Source: Vicugna vicugna (lineage: Eukaryota). From it: 64,000 nt of DNA. A program made the translations under genes and the position numbers. The notes beneath the pieces were generated by a model. That model was not told where the DNA came from, made no database searches, and saw only the letters and a program-made list of their open reading frames with translations. The stretch spans positions 328,437 to 392,436 of the forward strand of contig MU058259.1 of assembly GCA_013265495.1 (NCBI GenBank), written 5' to 3'. Below are positions 23,287-37,429 of this stretch, in pieces (the stretch's first letter is position 1; each line of letters opens with the position of its first letter).

Positions 23287-26014
23287 GATTTTATATTACA
23301 TATATGTATGTTCAAATCTTTCATTGGATTTCTAACAGTTGACCCTGAAAAAGGAAGAAATATAGATACCATTATATAGAGAGATCTAATGAAAGACTCA
23401 AAAACATTTAATCAGGAGGTGGTCAGCTTTTATGTGAAATCCTGTATATACCATTGGGAACAAAGGCTTAGTTTATATGGAAGTGACAATGGGCAAATGA
23501 AACTCAGAAATGTGACATTTTAGAAGTTGTCATGGATAAATTCTAGAAGTCAGAAGCTTAAAGAAAGATAAGATGCAGTTTCACAAACTTATCCAAATGC
23601 CAATTATAATTTAATACTCTCTCTCTAGGAGTAAGTACTCCATTGGTGGTAATCATTATCTTGAAATGAATTCATGAACATTAATTAAGCCACCTCCAAG
23701 CAGGATAATTAAGAGACAGTTAATAAAAGACATTTAATACTAGTTATATTTTGTGAACAGTTGTCTCTATTGAAACTTTTTGTTCATTTGCCAGATAGGT
23801 AAAAGGTACTTGACTGTAGAGGTATATTTTCTGGCAGAGGTTGTGTTTGGAGTTGGAAAGCAGCACCCTGGGAAACAGTGTGCTGTTACCATGGTCTTGG
23901 AATGTCATAATCCTGAATTCTGCAACCATCCTGCAGCCAAATGCCAAAGCAATTTTGGGCAAGCAACCTAATGCTTCAGCTCCTCTGGTTTCTAATCCCA
24001 TCATAAAACAAATATAATAATAATCTCTCTCTGCTTCTTAACACTCTTTCCACCCTTGGCTTCAATATCTTTCTAATCTCTCCTTTTACTTTGCTCACTC
24101 TCATTAGCAAAGGTAGTATATTTGATACCTGGAGCAGATCATTTTTTGAAGTGCCCTTTATTTCTGTGCCAAAATTATTTTTAGTATCAATCATATAATA
24201 ATCATAATAATATTTTTCTTCAATTATTCTTTACTTTTAAAATAAACAATTAAAAAGAAATTTTGGTCTGTACAAGATGACTTCGACCCATTTCTTCCTG
24301 ATTCCCCCTGCTAAGGATAACTATAAACACTGGAAAGAACTTAAGAGGCAAACAAAGGAACACTCTGAAATGTGGGAAAAGGAACTGGTTTGGATCCGAA
24401 GAGGAACAACATAGCCACAGGATGTCTTACATTCCCACCTCCCCTCAACAGAAGAAAGCAACCCACGCCTAGCATTTCCACAACCCCAACCTAGCAACAC
24501 GGGGTAGCCCAGGTAGGCTCATTACTCTACCAGATGAAATAGTATGTTCTCTGATAACACCAGCTGAATTTGACAGCACTGGTAAACTGGATGGATCAGG
24601 AGCCCCTCTAAAAACAAGCAGATAAAGGAAGTGCTTGCCTCTCTTGCCAGACCTAAGACTAGCCTCCCTTACTGAGAGACGCCAAGTGGCAGGTTGGCAC
24701 TGGCAAGAGAGATTCTGCCACACACAACAAGCTGCCTGACCCAGGAAACACTCTTTATCCCTGTGGGCCCCCAGACTCCCTTCCTCCACCTAGAGACATC
24801 AGATGGCCCTGCCTGGAGCAACCCCTTTCAGGCAACACCATCAGGGAACAGTGGGAGCCCTCTCAGCAGCGCCAGATTAACCAAACACACCAAAAAATAC
24901 TGCAAAGGCTCTGAAAAATAAGCTATTGTTCAAACCACACTCCACAAAAGTAGGCCAGGACCTACATGCTAAACCTAAACAGGTGACTCCTGCTAAAATA
25001 AAAGATTTAAATAGGACCTAGAGTCTCACAAAATAATAGTAAAAATGTCCAGGATACTAATGAAAACCACCCATCATATCAAGAGTCAGAAAAATCAAAA
25101 TGTGAATGAAAAAAAAGACAACCAACTGATGCCAAAACAGAGATGAATGAGATGTTGGAATTATCTGACAAGGAGTTTAAAGTATCCATAACAACAACAG
25201 CAACAACAAAACTTCAACAAGCAATAACAAATTCTCTTGAAACAAATGAAAAAATAGAAAATCTCAGCAAAGAAATACAAGTTATGGAAAAGAATGAAGT
25301 GGAAATCTTCTAACTGAAAAATATACCAAAAATTTTAAACTTCCTTGATGGGCTCAATAGAAGAGTAAATATGCCAGCAGTTAGAATCAATGAACTTGAG
25401 GACAGATTAATACAATTTATTCATCTAAAAAAGACAGAAAATAGATTGGAAAAAATGAATGGACTCTTGGGGGCCTATGGAACAATAAGAAAAGATCCAA
25501 CATTCATATCATTGGAGTCCCAGAAGAGGAGAAAGAGAATGAGGCTGAAAGACTCATTAGAAGTAATGATGTAAAAACACCCCAAATTTGGCAGAAGAAA
25601 GCACAAAGATACAAGACTCTGAGCAAACTCCAAACAGGATAAATTCAAAGAAATTCATATTGACACACTGTAGTTAAACCTCTCAAAGCTGAAGGCAGAG
25701 ATATAATCTTGAAAGCAGCTGGAGATAAAATGATGTTGACCTATCGGGAAACACCAATTCAGATGACAGTGGATTTCTCATCTGAAACCAGGGAAGATAG
25801 AAGGAAGTGGTACAATATATTTCAACTTCTGAAAGGAAAGAACTGCCAACCCAGAATATCCTTTATCTGAGAAGGGGAATCAAGACATTCTAAGATGAAA
25901 AACATTAAGAGAATTTGTTGCTTCCAGACCTACTTTTAAATATTGGCTAAAAGATGTTCTTCAAGCAGAAAGGAAGTTATAAAAGAAGGAATCTTCAAGC
26001 ATCAAGAAGGAAGA

Positions 26015-27201
26015 GTTAATTTTGTATCCTGCAACTTTACTGAATTTTTATTAGTTCTAACAGTTTTTTGCTGGAGTCTTTTAGGATTTTCTACACATAG
26101 GATCATGTCCTCTGCAAACAGATAGTTACACTTCTTTTTATTTTTTTTCCAATGTAGATGCCTTTTATTTCTTTTTCTTGCCTAATTTCTCTGGCTAAGA
26201 TTTCCAGTACTGTGTTGAATAGAAGTAGTGAGAGTGGGCATCCTTTTCTTGTTCCTGATGTTATAGGAAAAGATTTTACCTTTTAATCCTTGAGTATGCT
26301 GTTAGCTATGGGCTTGTCATATATGGCCTTTGTCATGTTAAGATAAATTCCTTCTATACCTAATTTGTTGAGAGTTTTTATCATGAAAGGATGTTTAACT
26401 TTATCAAGTGTTTCTTCTGTATATATATTTAGATGATGTGATTTTTATCCTTCATTCTGTTAATGTGATGTATATTACAATTATTGATTTGTGTGTGTTC
26501 AACTATCTTGCATCCCAGGGATAATCTCCAGTTGATCACGGTGTATGATCCTTATAACGTGCTGTCGAATTTGGTTGCTAGTATTTTGTTGAGGACTTTT
26601 GCATCTCTGTTTATCAAGGATACTGGCCTATGTGATTTTCTTTTCTTGTAGTGTGCTTGTCTGGCTATGGCAGCATAGTAATGCTAGCATAATAAAATGA
26701 GTTTGGAAGTGTTCCTTCCTCCTCAACTTTTTGGAAGAGTTTGAGAAGGATTGACATTAATTCTTCTTTAAATGGTTGATAGACTTCACCAGTGAAGCCA
26801 TCTGGTCCTGGGATTTTCTTTGTTGAGAGGTTTTTTTATTACTGATTCAAACACTTTAATCATTATTGGTCTGCTCAGATTTTCTGTTCATGATTCAGTC
26901 TTGGTAGGCGGTATGATTCCAGGAATTTATTAATTTTTCTGGGCTATCCAGTTCATTGGCACATTATTTTTCATAATATTCTCTTAAGACCCTTTTTATT
27001 TCTGTGATATCAGTCGTAACGTCTCCTCTTCCATTTATAGTTTTATTTATTTGAGTCTTCTCTTTTTTTCTTAGTCTAGATAAAGGTTTGTTGGTTTTGT
27101 TTATCTTCACCAAAAAACCCTCTTAGTTTTATTTTTATCTTTTTATTTTTCTAGTCTTTATTTCATGTATTTCTGCTCTCATCTTTATTATTTACTTCCT
27201 T
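26015..27201 (-). mobile_element. Internal L1 ORF2 fragment, antisense, lacking 3'UTR, poly(A) and TSD
   Basis: Antisense ORF2 RT-region sequence inserted between host gaaggaaga and gaacaacagaaag. Confidence 0.8.
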
Positions 27202-28661
27202 GAACAACAGAAAGAGCACATGGGTGAATACAAGAGACTATCCTCCTAATTGTATAAATTATATTTTACAATCAAAACAAAAGTTATAACACCATCTAAT
27301 ACTCAAGACAATGATATTTGAAAGCAATGAGAATAAAGGGACTTAAATGGAAGGAAGATTTCCACACTTTACTTGAAGTGGCAAAATGTTGATATGCTAG
27401 AATATGATCCATTGCATATTTATGTTGTAATATTCAGAGCAACCATTAAGAAAGCTGTACAAAGAGATACATTCAAAAACAGTATAAATAATGCAAGGTG
27501 AATTTCTTAAAAAAACTGTTCAAGTAATCCACAGGAAGGCAAGAAAAGAAAAAAAGAGGAAACAATCAAAAAACAAATAATAAAATGGCAGACTTAAGCT
27601 CTAACATATAAATAATTATCTTAAATGTAAATGGTCTGAATACACCAATAAAAAGGCAGAGATTGGTTAAGTGAATTAAAAAACATGACCCAACTATATG
27701 TAGTTTATTGGAAAAAAAACCTCACTTCAAATTAAGCAACACACCCCTAAATAATCCATGTGTCAAAGAAGATGTCTCCAGTGATGTAACTACATGGAAA
27801 CAAATTAAAATGAAAACACAACATAAGAAAATATGTGAGATGCAGCTAAAGCAGTGCTAAGAGAGAAATTTATAGCAGAAAAGAGGAAAGATCTTAAATC
27901 AATAACCTAAGTTCCTATCTCAAGAAACTAGAAAAAGAAGAGTAAAATAAACTGAAAGCAAGAAGAAGAAAGGAAATAATAAAAAGCATAAATAAATAAA
28001 ATTGAGAATAGGAAAATAATAGTAAAAATTAATAAAGTGCTGATTCATAAAAAATAATATTGATAAAGTTCTAGTACAGCTATTAAAAATAGAGAAGAAA
28101 AAAGCACCAATATCAGAAAGTAAACAGAGCTATCACTACAGATCTTATTAGGCATTAAAAGGGTAAGGAAATACTACAAACAATTTACACTAATACATTT
28201 AACAGTTTAGGAAAAATGGACCAATTCCTGTAAAGCCAGAAGGTACCAAAACTCAACCAAAATGAAATAGATAATCTGAAGCATCCTGTGACCACTATAG
28301 AAATTAAGTTTGTGATTTTAAAATTCTCCAAAATAGAATTCTCTAGGCCGAGTTTCATAGGAGAATTCTACCAAACATTTAAAGAAAAATTAACATCAAT
28401 TATACAAAATCTCTTCCAGAGAATAGAAAAGGAGGAAAATTTTCCAACTTATTTATGAGGCAAATGTTACCCTGATATCAAAACTGGACAACTAGTATAA
28501 TAAAAGAAAACTACATACCAATATTGTTCATAAACTTCGACACAAAAATCATTATCACAGTATTAGCATGTGGAATCTAATAATGTATAAAGAAAATATA
28601 ATTAAGTGGAATTTATTTCAGATATGCAAGGCTAGTTCAATATTTAAAAAGTGTATCAATG

Positions 28662-30017
28662 CTGATCTTCAACAAAGAAACAAAGGCAATACAATGGAAT
28701 AAAGATGGTCTCTTCAACAATCAGTGCTGGAACAACTGAACATCACATGTAAAAAAAAAAGCTAGACACAGACCTTATACCTTTCAGAAAAATTAACTTA
28801 AAATGGATCTTTGACCTAAATATAAAATGCAAAACTATAAAACTCCCAGAAGCTAACAAAGGACAAAACCTAGATATCCTTGGGAATAGCAGTGACTTTT
28901 TAGATAAAACACCAAAGGCACAATCCATGAAAGATAGAACTGGTAAGCTGGACTTCATTAGAACTTAAAAGTTCTGCTTTGCGAAAGACAATGTCAAGAG
29001 AATTAGAAGACAAGCCACAGCCTGGGAGAAAAGATCTGCAAGAGATACATCTGATAAAGGACTTTTACCCAACATATACAAAGAACCCTTAAAGTTCAAC
29101 CATAAGAAAACAGACCAATTAAAAAATTGACCAAAAACCTTAACAGACACCTCAGCAAAGAGATACAGATGGCAAGGAAGCATATGAAAAGATCCTCCAC
29201 ATCGTATGTCATAAGGGAAACTCTCATTCACTGCTACTGGCGATGCAATATGGTATAGCTGCTTTGGAAGATAGTTTGGTGGTTTCTTACAAAATTAAAC
29301 ATACTCTTCCCATAGGACCCAGCAATCCCACTCCTTGGTATTTACCGAAAAGAGCTCAAAACTTATGTCCACACAAAAACCTGCATATGGATGTTTATAG
29401 CAGCTTTATAAATAATTGCCAAAACTTTCAAGCAACCAAGATGCTCTTCAGTAGTTGAACAGATAAACTGTGGTACATCCAAACAATGGACTATTACTCA
29501 GCACTATATGGAATTTTATTCAGCACTAAAAAGGAGTGACCTATACAGGCCATGAAAAGACATGGAGGAAACTTAAATGCATATTACTTAAGTGAAAGAA
29601 GCCACTCTGAAAGGCTAAATACTGTATGATTCCAACTATATGACATTTTGGAAAAGGCAAAAAAAACCATCAGTGGTTACCAAGAGTTGGGGGTCAAAGG
29701 AGAGATGAACAGGTGGAGCACAGAGGATTTTTAGGGCAGTGAGATACTCTGTATGATATTATAATGATGGATACATGTCCTTATACATTAGTCAAAATTC
29801 ATAGAAAGTACACCACCAAGAGTGAAATCTAAGGTAAATCACAGGCTTTGGGTGATTATGATATGTCAATGTAGGTTCTTCATTTATAACAAGTATACCA
29901 GTCTGCTGAGTGATGTTACTAATGCAGAGGCTATGCATGTGTGGGGGCAGGAGGTATATGGAAAATACCTCACAATTTTGCTGTGAACCTAAAACTGCTC
30001 CAAAAAAAAGTTTTTAA
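28662..30017 (+). mobile_element. 5'-truncated L1MC1-like element nested in the host L1
   Basis: L1MC1-type 3'UTR (ctttgggtgattatgatatgtcaatgtaggttc..ttttgctgtgaacctaaaactgctc) with degenerate flanking duplication aaaaagtgtatcaatg / aaaaataaatcaatg. Confidence 0.75.
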
Positions 30018-30137
30018 AAAAATAAATCAATGAAATTTATCATATCAACTGAGTAAAGAAGAAAAACCAAATAATCAATATTAATTGATGCAGAAAATAC
30101 ATTTGACAAAACTTAACACTCATTCATGATACAAATT

Positions 30138-32010
30138 CAGCTTTGTTCTTTCTCAAGATTGCTTTGGCTATTTGGGGTCTTTTGTGGTTGGATACAAATT
30201 TCAGGATTGTTTATTCTTTTTCTGTGGAAAATGCCATTGGAATTTTGATGGGGATTGCACTGAATCTGTAGATCACTTTAGGTAATATGGACATTTTAAC
30301 AATATTAATTCTTCCAATCCAAGAACATGAGATAGCCTTACATTTATTTGTGTCTTCTTCAGTTTCTTTTCACAGTTGTCTTACAGTTTTCCATATACAG
30401 ATCGTTCACCTCCTTGATTAAACTTATTCCAAAGCACTTTATTCTTTTTGATGCTATTGTGACTGGGATTGTTTCCTTACTTTCTTTTTCAGATAGTTTG
30501 TTGTTAGTAGAAACACAACTGATTTTTGTACATTGATTTTGTATCTTGCAACTTTACTGAATTTGTTTATTAGTTCTAACAGTTTTTTTGGTGTGGTCTT
30601 TAGGGTTTCCTATATATAAGATCATGTCATTGCAAAGACAACTTAATTTTTTCATTTTGGATTTGGATGGCTTTTGTTTCTTTTTCTTGTCTAACTGCTC
30701 TAGCTAGGACTTCCAGTACTATGTTGAATAGAAGTAGTGGGAGTGGGCACCCTTGTGTTGTTCCTAATCTTAGAGGAAACACTTTTAGCTTTTCAGTGTT
30801 CTGTATGATACTGTGGACTCATCATATATGGCCTTAATTACATTGAGCTACATTCCTTCTATACCTAATTTATTGAGAGATTTTATTATGAAAAGATGTT
30901 GAATTTTGTCAAATGCTTTTCTACATCTATTGATATGGTCATGTGGTTTTTATCCTTCATCCTGTTAATGTGGTGTATCACGTTTATTGATTTGGTATGT
31001 TGGACCATCTTTGCATCCCAGAAATAAACAGAACTACAGAAGACCCCAAATAGCCAAAGGAATCTTTAGCAAGAAGAACAAAGCTGGAGACATTACACTT
31101 CTTGATTTCAAACTATGCTTCAAAGCTACAGTAGTCAAAACAGTATGGTACTGGCATAAAAACAGACACATAGACCACTGGAACATAATAGAGAGCTCAG
31201 AAACAAACCTACACACATATGATCAACTAATCTTTGGCCAGGGCTACAAGAATGCACAATGGGGAAAGGATAATCTTTTCAATAAATAAAATGATGCTAA
31301 AAAAAACTGGATATTCACATGTATGAATGAAGTTGGGTCCTTTTCTTACACCATACACAAAAATTAACTCAAAACAGATTAAAGACTTAAATGTAAAACC
31401 TGAAACTGTAAAACTCCTAGAATAAAACACAAAAAAAAGCTCCTTGACAGTGGTCTTGGCAATGACTTTGTGGATATGACATCAAAAGTACAAGCAACAA
31501 AAGCAAAAATAAACAAGCAGGATGACATCAAACTAAAAAGCTTCTAGACAGCAAAGGAAGTAACACAATGAAAAGGCAACCTGTCAAATGGAAGAAAATA
31601 TTTGCAAACCATATATCTGAGGTATTTAATACAAGAAGTTAATATCCAGAATATATCAGGAACTCATACAACTCAATAGCAAAAAAATCACAAACAACCT
31701 GATTTTAAAACTGACAAAGGACATGAATAGACATTTTTCCAAGAGGTACAGATAACCAACATGTTTATAAAAAGGTGCTCAACAACACTAATCAGAGAAA
31801 TGCATACCTAAACCACAATGTGTTATTGCCTCACAACTGTTAAGACAGATAATATAAAAAAGACAACAGATAATAAATAGAGGCAAGGGTATGGAGAAAA
31901 GGGAACCCTTGGGAATGTAAATTGGTGCAGCCATTATGGAAAACATTATGAAGGGTCCTCAAAAAATTAAAAATAGAACTATCATATGATCCAGCAATCC
32001 CATTTCTGGG
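30138..32010. mobile_element. L1 with 5' inversion (antisense 30138-~31026, sense ~31027-32010); 3'UTR missing
   Basis: ORF 30987-31289 contains [45 protein letters not shown]; the inverted segment covers the immediately preceding ORF2 region. Confidence 0.82.
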
Positions 32011-32149
32011 GTTTGTTGCTATTATTGCATACATTTATTTTGTATTAAATAAAAGACACATACACACAAATAAGATGCAAATATTATAACTTAATTAATG
32101 AGTGAGAGCAATAAACTAAAAATCACCTTAGGTATATAAGTAGAAAGGA

Positions 32150-32770
32150 CACAAAGAAAAATGGCCCATCTTCCTAGTAATCAGAGAAATATAGTTTAAA
32201 ACAAAATGAGACAAATCTTTTGGCCTAGGCTAGTAAGTACTCATAAGGCAAGTACTTTCGGAGCTCGTATTTGGAGTTGTAAGTGGAACATCCTTTATCA
32301 GTTTGGCAACATATAAATGTTTCTGTGTCTTCCCCAGAAATATTACAGCTGTGTATTTATTCTGAGAACTATTAATGTGAAACATTGACATACACAAAGA
32401 TACTAATTGTAGAGTTATTTACAACAGCAGAATTTGGAAATAGCCTACACATCCAACAGTAGGGCAAAAGCTAAGTATATGGTGATGAATCCATTTAATA
32501 AAATTGTTTATTGAACTACTGAACATGTTTATTGTGATTATGTAATATTATTAGAATGCATGGGAAATGCTTATTACTTGAAGATATTTAGAGACAAAAG
32601 CAGGACTAAAATCACATGTAATATTACTTCACTTGAGTAATGCTATCAAAAGAAAAACTTAGAGGGAATATACAAATTTGAGAGTGGTTATGATTGAATG
32701 GTTATACTGAAGATAGAATAGCCTTTTATACTTTAATTTGTAATGAATGCTATAATGAAAAATCATTTTT
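32150..32770 (+). mobile_element. Highly diverged L1ME-type 3' fragment
   Basis: ctagtaatcagagaaat..aaaacaaaatgagac..cagtttggcaa..tttggaaatagcctacacatccaacagtaggg. Confidence 0.6.
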
Positions 32771-34222
32771 AAAAGAATGAATTAAATGTATTTGGCAGTA
32801 TTTCTACATTACACAAATATTTTATTTTTTAAAGGTCACTTCTGTTTGCAAATAAAATGTTTTTGTTTTTCAAAAAAACCACTATAAATCTCTAACGAAG
32901 ACCCATCTAACAGGAGTGAAAGAGCTAATCCAGAATGGTGATAGTCTGCAAGTTATGCAAATACCCTTGTCAAGTTTGGGGGCAGTCTTTTTAAGGCAGG
33001 ACATTAGTGAGTGAAAAACCAACTCTGTCCTATGCAGACAGCAATGTGGACCTCAGAGACTAATGGGGACTCTGGTGAGTGGGGTCAGGTGGTGAAGCTA
33101 TATTTCCAACGGAAGGCATGAGAGCTATGCAGAGAAACAGACCCAGAGGCCTAATCATAGGGCTGGATCCAATGTGGGGGAGGGTCATGGTGAATGCTGT
33201 GAACTGATGAATGTGGCTGAGCAGTGCATCAGGGACACTGGGAGAAGCCAGCTTCATCTCAGACTCACACATTGGTGGTCTGGCTCAGAAATTAAGCAGG
33301 AATAATCCTGGGGGCAAAGGGTGTCAGATATTCACCTGATATCTGATACCTGAGGGGCCGAGGTAAGCAGGGGCTGACGGCAAGAAATCTGGGGAAAACA
33401 CTTGGATGTTGACTTGGCAGAGAGGCCACAGATGCAGAGGATGCAGTGAGAACTGCTAGCCAACCTAGCAAGGGAGATTTTACTCTTGCTCTCTTTTCTT
33501 CTTCTATAAAATTGTTCTATTCATAAAATTCAATAATTTGAGAAATTCTCCCAACTGAAGAAAAATGAAATGATTAAAGTTCCTTCTGTATTATACATTG
33601 ATTTTCCTGTTCAAAAATGAATGACCTTGCAACTCCTTTCACCCTTGAACTTAGGGCAGTGGAAACCTTGTCAGTTCTGTTGGAGAGACTTGCCGTGCAT
33701 GAATTGGGCAAACCTGACAGTCCATCCACACACTGAAGTTGCAGGAACATGCAGCGCCCTTTGTGGCACAAGCCATTTGTGAGAATGATGGCCACGTTCT
33801 CGTTTGTTTATAAGCTGCGTGCTAGCGAGGTCAGATGTTGCGTATCTGTGGGAGAACAATAGATTTGATGGCTAAGGAAGCCCTCGGTAGCTCTTCTTCC
33901 AAGAGACAATTGCAGACAGAGTCTTGGCCTGACCACAGGGCCAGGCACAGGGGACTGCGGTTTTCCATGATTGGGGATATTTAGGGGCCACCGCTTTTTT
34001 TCCCCTTTAACATTAACACCCCTGCCTTGGAGTGTCTCAGTAGTTATTTTTTATGATTGTTTTGGATAATATTCTAATTATCAGTGCTCATTACCCCAGG
34101 GCAACTTTGCCGATGTTTCCTTTCTCACTAGGAGCTCAATCTGGCTCATTTGTGAATGGATTTTTAAGAAAGGAAAAGGTGTCTGACACCTGGAAACAGA
34201 AGAAGAGTTGGCAGGCGTAGAT

Positions 34223-34224
<2 letters not shown>

Positions 34225-34264
<40 letters not shown>
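34225..34264. repeat. (GT)20 microsatellite
   Basis: Seen directly in the sequence. Confidence 0.97.
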
Positions 34265-34266
<2 letters not shown>

Positions 34267-34807
34267 CTCTGAGCATCATTTTCCCCATTGGAAGGCAGGC
34301 TGGTGTGTGGCCATCTCTGAGCTAGCTATCCTTGGTCCTTTATGTGCCAGTATTTCAACCACACTCACGCCATAATTGGCCTTGTTATCCCATCCAGCAA
34401 GTTAAGTCACCTCTCCAAAACCAAATCTGGATCTATTTGCCACTTCACCAAAACCCACTGCCTTATTATTTCATGCCCCTGCCTCCACATCTCTTTCCCG
34501 GCTATAATTTTTTGTTTCTGGTCCTTTCTTCGTGACGAAATGCACGCTACTCTGGCTTCTCAGAGTCACTTGGCTTGTACAGGGCTCTGCATTGATTTGG
34601 ACAAACCCTGACAGCCTCAGGTGACGGTCACATGGCTCCAACCCCAAACCCACTCAGTCCACATGCTCGCTCCACACAGAAAAGGAAAGCGTGTTTCACG
34701 GTTACAAGACTTGTACAAGATGGGAGATACTGACTCTCCTTAGAAATAAGACCAAAGCACAAACGTGAGGGGAGATAATCATGAATTTAACTACTACTCT
34801 TTTAAGG

Positions 34808-35352
34808 TTTATTTTAATTTTTTTTTATTGAAATGTAGTTGATTTACATTGTTTCAGGTGTATAGCAAAGTGATTTAGCTATACATATAGATATATTCTT
34901 TTTCAGATTCTCTCCCATTTAGGTTATTGTAAGATATTGAATATAGTTCCCTGTGCTATATAGTAGGTCTTTGTTGTTTATTTTATATATAGTAATGTGT
35001 ATCTGTTAACCCCAAACTCCTAATTTATCCCTCCCCCCTTTACCTTTTGGTAACCATAAGTTTCTTTTCTATGTCTGTGATTTTATTTCTTTTTTGTAAA
35101 TAAGTACATTTGTATTTTTTTAGGTTCTACATATAAGTGATATCATATGATATTTGTCTTCCTCTGTCTGACTTACTTCACTTAGTATGACAATCTCCAG
35201 GCCCATCCGTGTTGCTGCAAATGGCATTGTTTCATTCCTTTTTAAGACTGAGTAGTATTCCATTATGTATATATACATGTATGTATATAAATATACCACA
35301 ACTTCTTTTTCCATTCATCTATCAATGGACATTTAGGTTGTTTCCATGTCTT
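34808..35352 (-). mobile_element. Artiodactyl-type L1 3' end (5'-truncated)
   Basis: tttattgaaatgtagttgatttaca..tttttcagattctctccc..aatatagttccctgtgctata; ORF 35120-35314 carries an L1 3' remnant (MEYYS..MPFAAT..LEIVILSEVSQTE). Confidence 0.88.
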
Positions 35353-35889
35353 TAACCATAACTTACTGAAGGTCTCCTACATAAAGAGAACTGAAGTAGG
35401 TTCTGTGGGAGATGTAAGCCATGGGTCCTCCCTTGATGCTGACAGTCAAGTCGGAAAGACAAGACATAAAGGGGATGGCGGCTACTGCCAGTACAAGGGG
35501 TCCAGAGAGAGAATGTTCTGGCTCAAAGCCCCTCAGAGCAGTGGGAGGGCAGGAGGTAGAAATAAACTCTGCTGACCCTGAATGCAGGAGTCTTAGCCCT
35601 TTGTCAGAGGCAGGAGAGTGTCCTCGAGGCACTGCTAGCATGGAAACCGTCACATGCCCAGCGGGCTTCCAAATCCAGCAGAACCATGGACTTCAACCAT
35701 GTTCTAGTTTAGATCATTTTCTGCACTTGTCTTCAATCAGATTAAAATATCAGTTACTGACCTACTTGCCCCCTCCACTTGTTTTTGTTAGATTTCTTGA
35801 TTATAGAAAGGCCCTTACCCCCTTATCTGGGACTAAAGCAAACAAAACAAAGTGAAATGAAACAAAACAAAACAATCCTATAATCCTGC

Positions 35890-36420
35890 ATGTATGTCTT
35901 CAGATGCTTTCAGTTGCAAGCAGTAGAGACCTGACTCAAAGAAGCTTAACCTATAAAGAGCAATGTAATAGGAAGTGCAAGTTCAGGTAGCTCCAGAGGT
36001 GGTTGGTTTTTCTAGCAGTTCAATAACAGTCTCATAGCTCCAGGTTTTCTCTCTATTTTTGTTGTGCTGCCTTGAGCATCAGTTCCCTCCTAGCACCATA
36101 GTGACCATCCTGGTTTGTTGGTAAAACCAGTTTATGCCTTCTGCCCTGAAATAATTAGTAGTAGCAGCCCCTTCCTTCCTCAGTAATGTCCTAGTTTAGA
36201 GATCAATTATAGGATCACCTGCGTTGTGTTCTTGCTTCCAGTTTCATATGCAGTTACATTATCTTCACATCCATTGGGAGAGGGAGGGATTCTCTCCTGA
36301 AACAGCAAGGACTTACCCATAAAGCCTCCAGCGAATCTCTCCTCTCATCTCTTTGGCCCAAATTATAGCAGGAGGGATGCAATTAGCCTCAGATCACACA
36401 GACCCCATCCTAAAGTTAGG
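35890..36420 (-). mobile_element. Old MLT1 (K/L-like) LTR with a nested MER94 at ~36099-36221
   Basis: gatgctttcagttgcaagcagtagagacctgactcaaa; nested gtgaccatcctggtttg..tttatgccttctgccc..taatta..gtcctagtttaga..atcacct. Confidence 0.6.
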
Positions 36421-37429
36421 ATCAAATTGTAAGGTACATGATTTCATAGAAGAGTGATGGATACCTGAACAGTATTTGGGTTCTATTAGGAAAGAGGAAA
36501 GTCAAATGCAGAAGGGAGCAGCCACAAGCAAACCCTTTATAATGAGCCTGCTTCTTACTCTTGACAATTTCTGAAAATCCTCTGAAGTCAAATGCTCTCC
36601 TGATTGAGACTAGACAGAACAACAGCTGAACTATCAGAGACTTCAGTGCCAGGCAGGGACAGTACCTCACTACTCTGTGTGTTGTAGCAGGTAGCTTATT
36701 ACTGTAAAATAATAGGTCCTTGGGATATGTTCGTCAGTTGCCCAACTGAAGGACCAACTCATGTATCCTTTGATTCAGTCTTTGCTAAAATTAGCAAAGA
36801 TTTCACATGAACTCTATGATGCTCTTTGGATAAAATCAGGGTATAATAAAGTTCATGTGAAATCTCCAAATGAAGAATACTGAAGCCCCCATGCTGACCA
36901 TATTAGAACTCTGCTCTATCAAAATAGTCAAACCCTTTACCTTACCCTTTGGGCTCTGGATATTCCTTAGGTCAAATGTCATTGCAGTTGGACTGTCTCT
37001 CTGAATGCTCTCCATCCTCTTTCCCTGAGCCTGGATTTGGTTTCAATCCTCTGTGATTTAATTACCCCTTGCTATTCCTTTTAGCATTTATCCCTTTCAC
37101 ATTGTGATTATGTTTTCAAATGCCTGCCTCATTCAGTTAGTCATCCAGTAAATATTCTTAACCACCAGAATTTTTTGAAATAGTTTCAATTTTAAGTACA
37201 TTATTCAACTTCAGTAGAATATAGACCCCTTAAGAATTTCTTGCAAGCAATCAACCCTTTCCCCCAGTCATAGTCACACCCATGAGCATTAAACTGACAT
37301 CTACGACTTCAGAGCTTCCTGGAACTCCTAGAGAAATCCACAGTAATGCTCATGCAGATTAGATCAAATCATGTCGGCTTAGCCATCAACTCAAGTCACA
37401 TATGTCTTCTACAGAGCATATCAACACCC

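Larger units (their letters stand above)
24279..30137 (+). mobile_element. Old L1 (L1MC-like) host element: 5'UTR, ORF1 and 5' ORF2, interrupted twice
   Basis: 5'UTR-like 24279-25050, ORF1 remnants 25050-26010 and ORF2 remnants 27580-28660. ORF2 resumes at 30033-30137 (gatgcagaaaatacatttgacaaa = DAE.FDK). Confidence 0.8.

Noticed and set aside
33750..33770. CTCF-like motif (gcagcgccctttgtggca)
   Set aside because: It is one base short of the canonical core spacing and cannot be supported from sequence alone.
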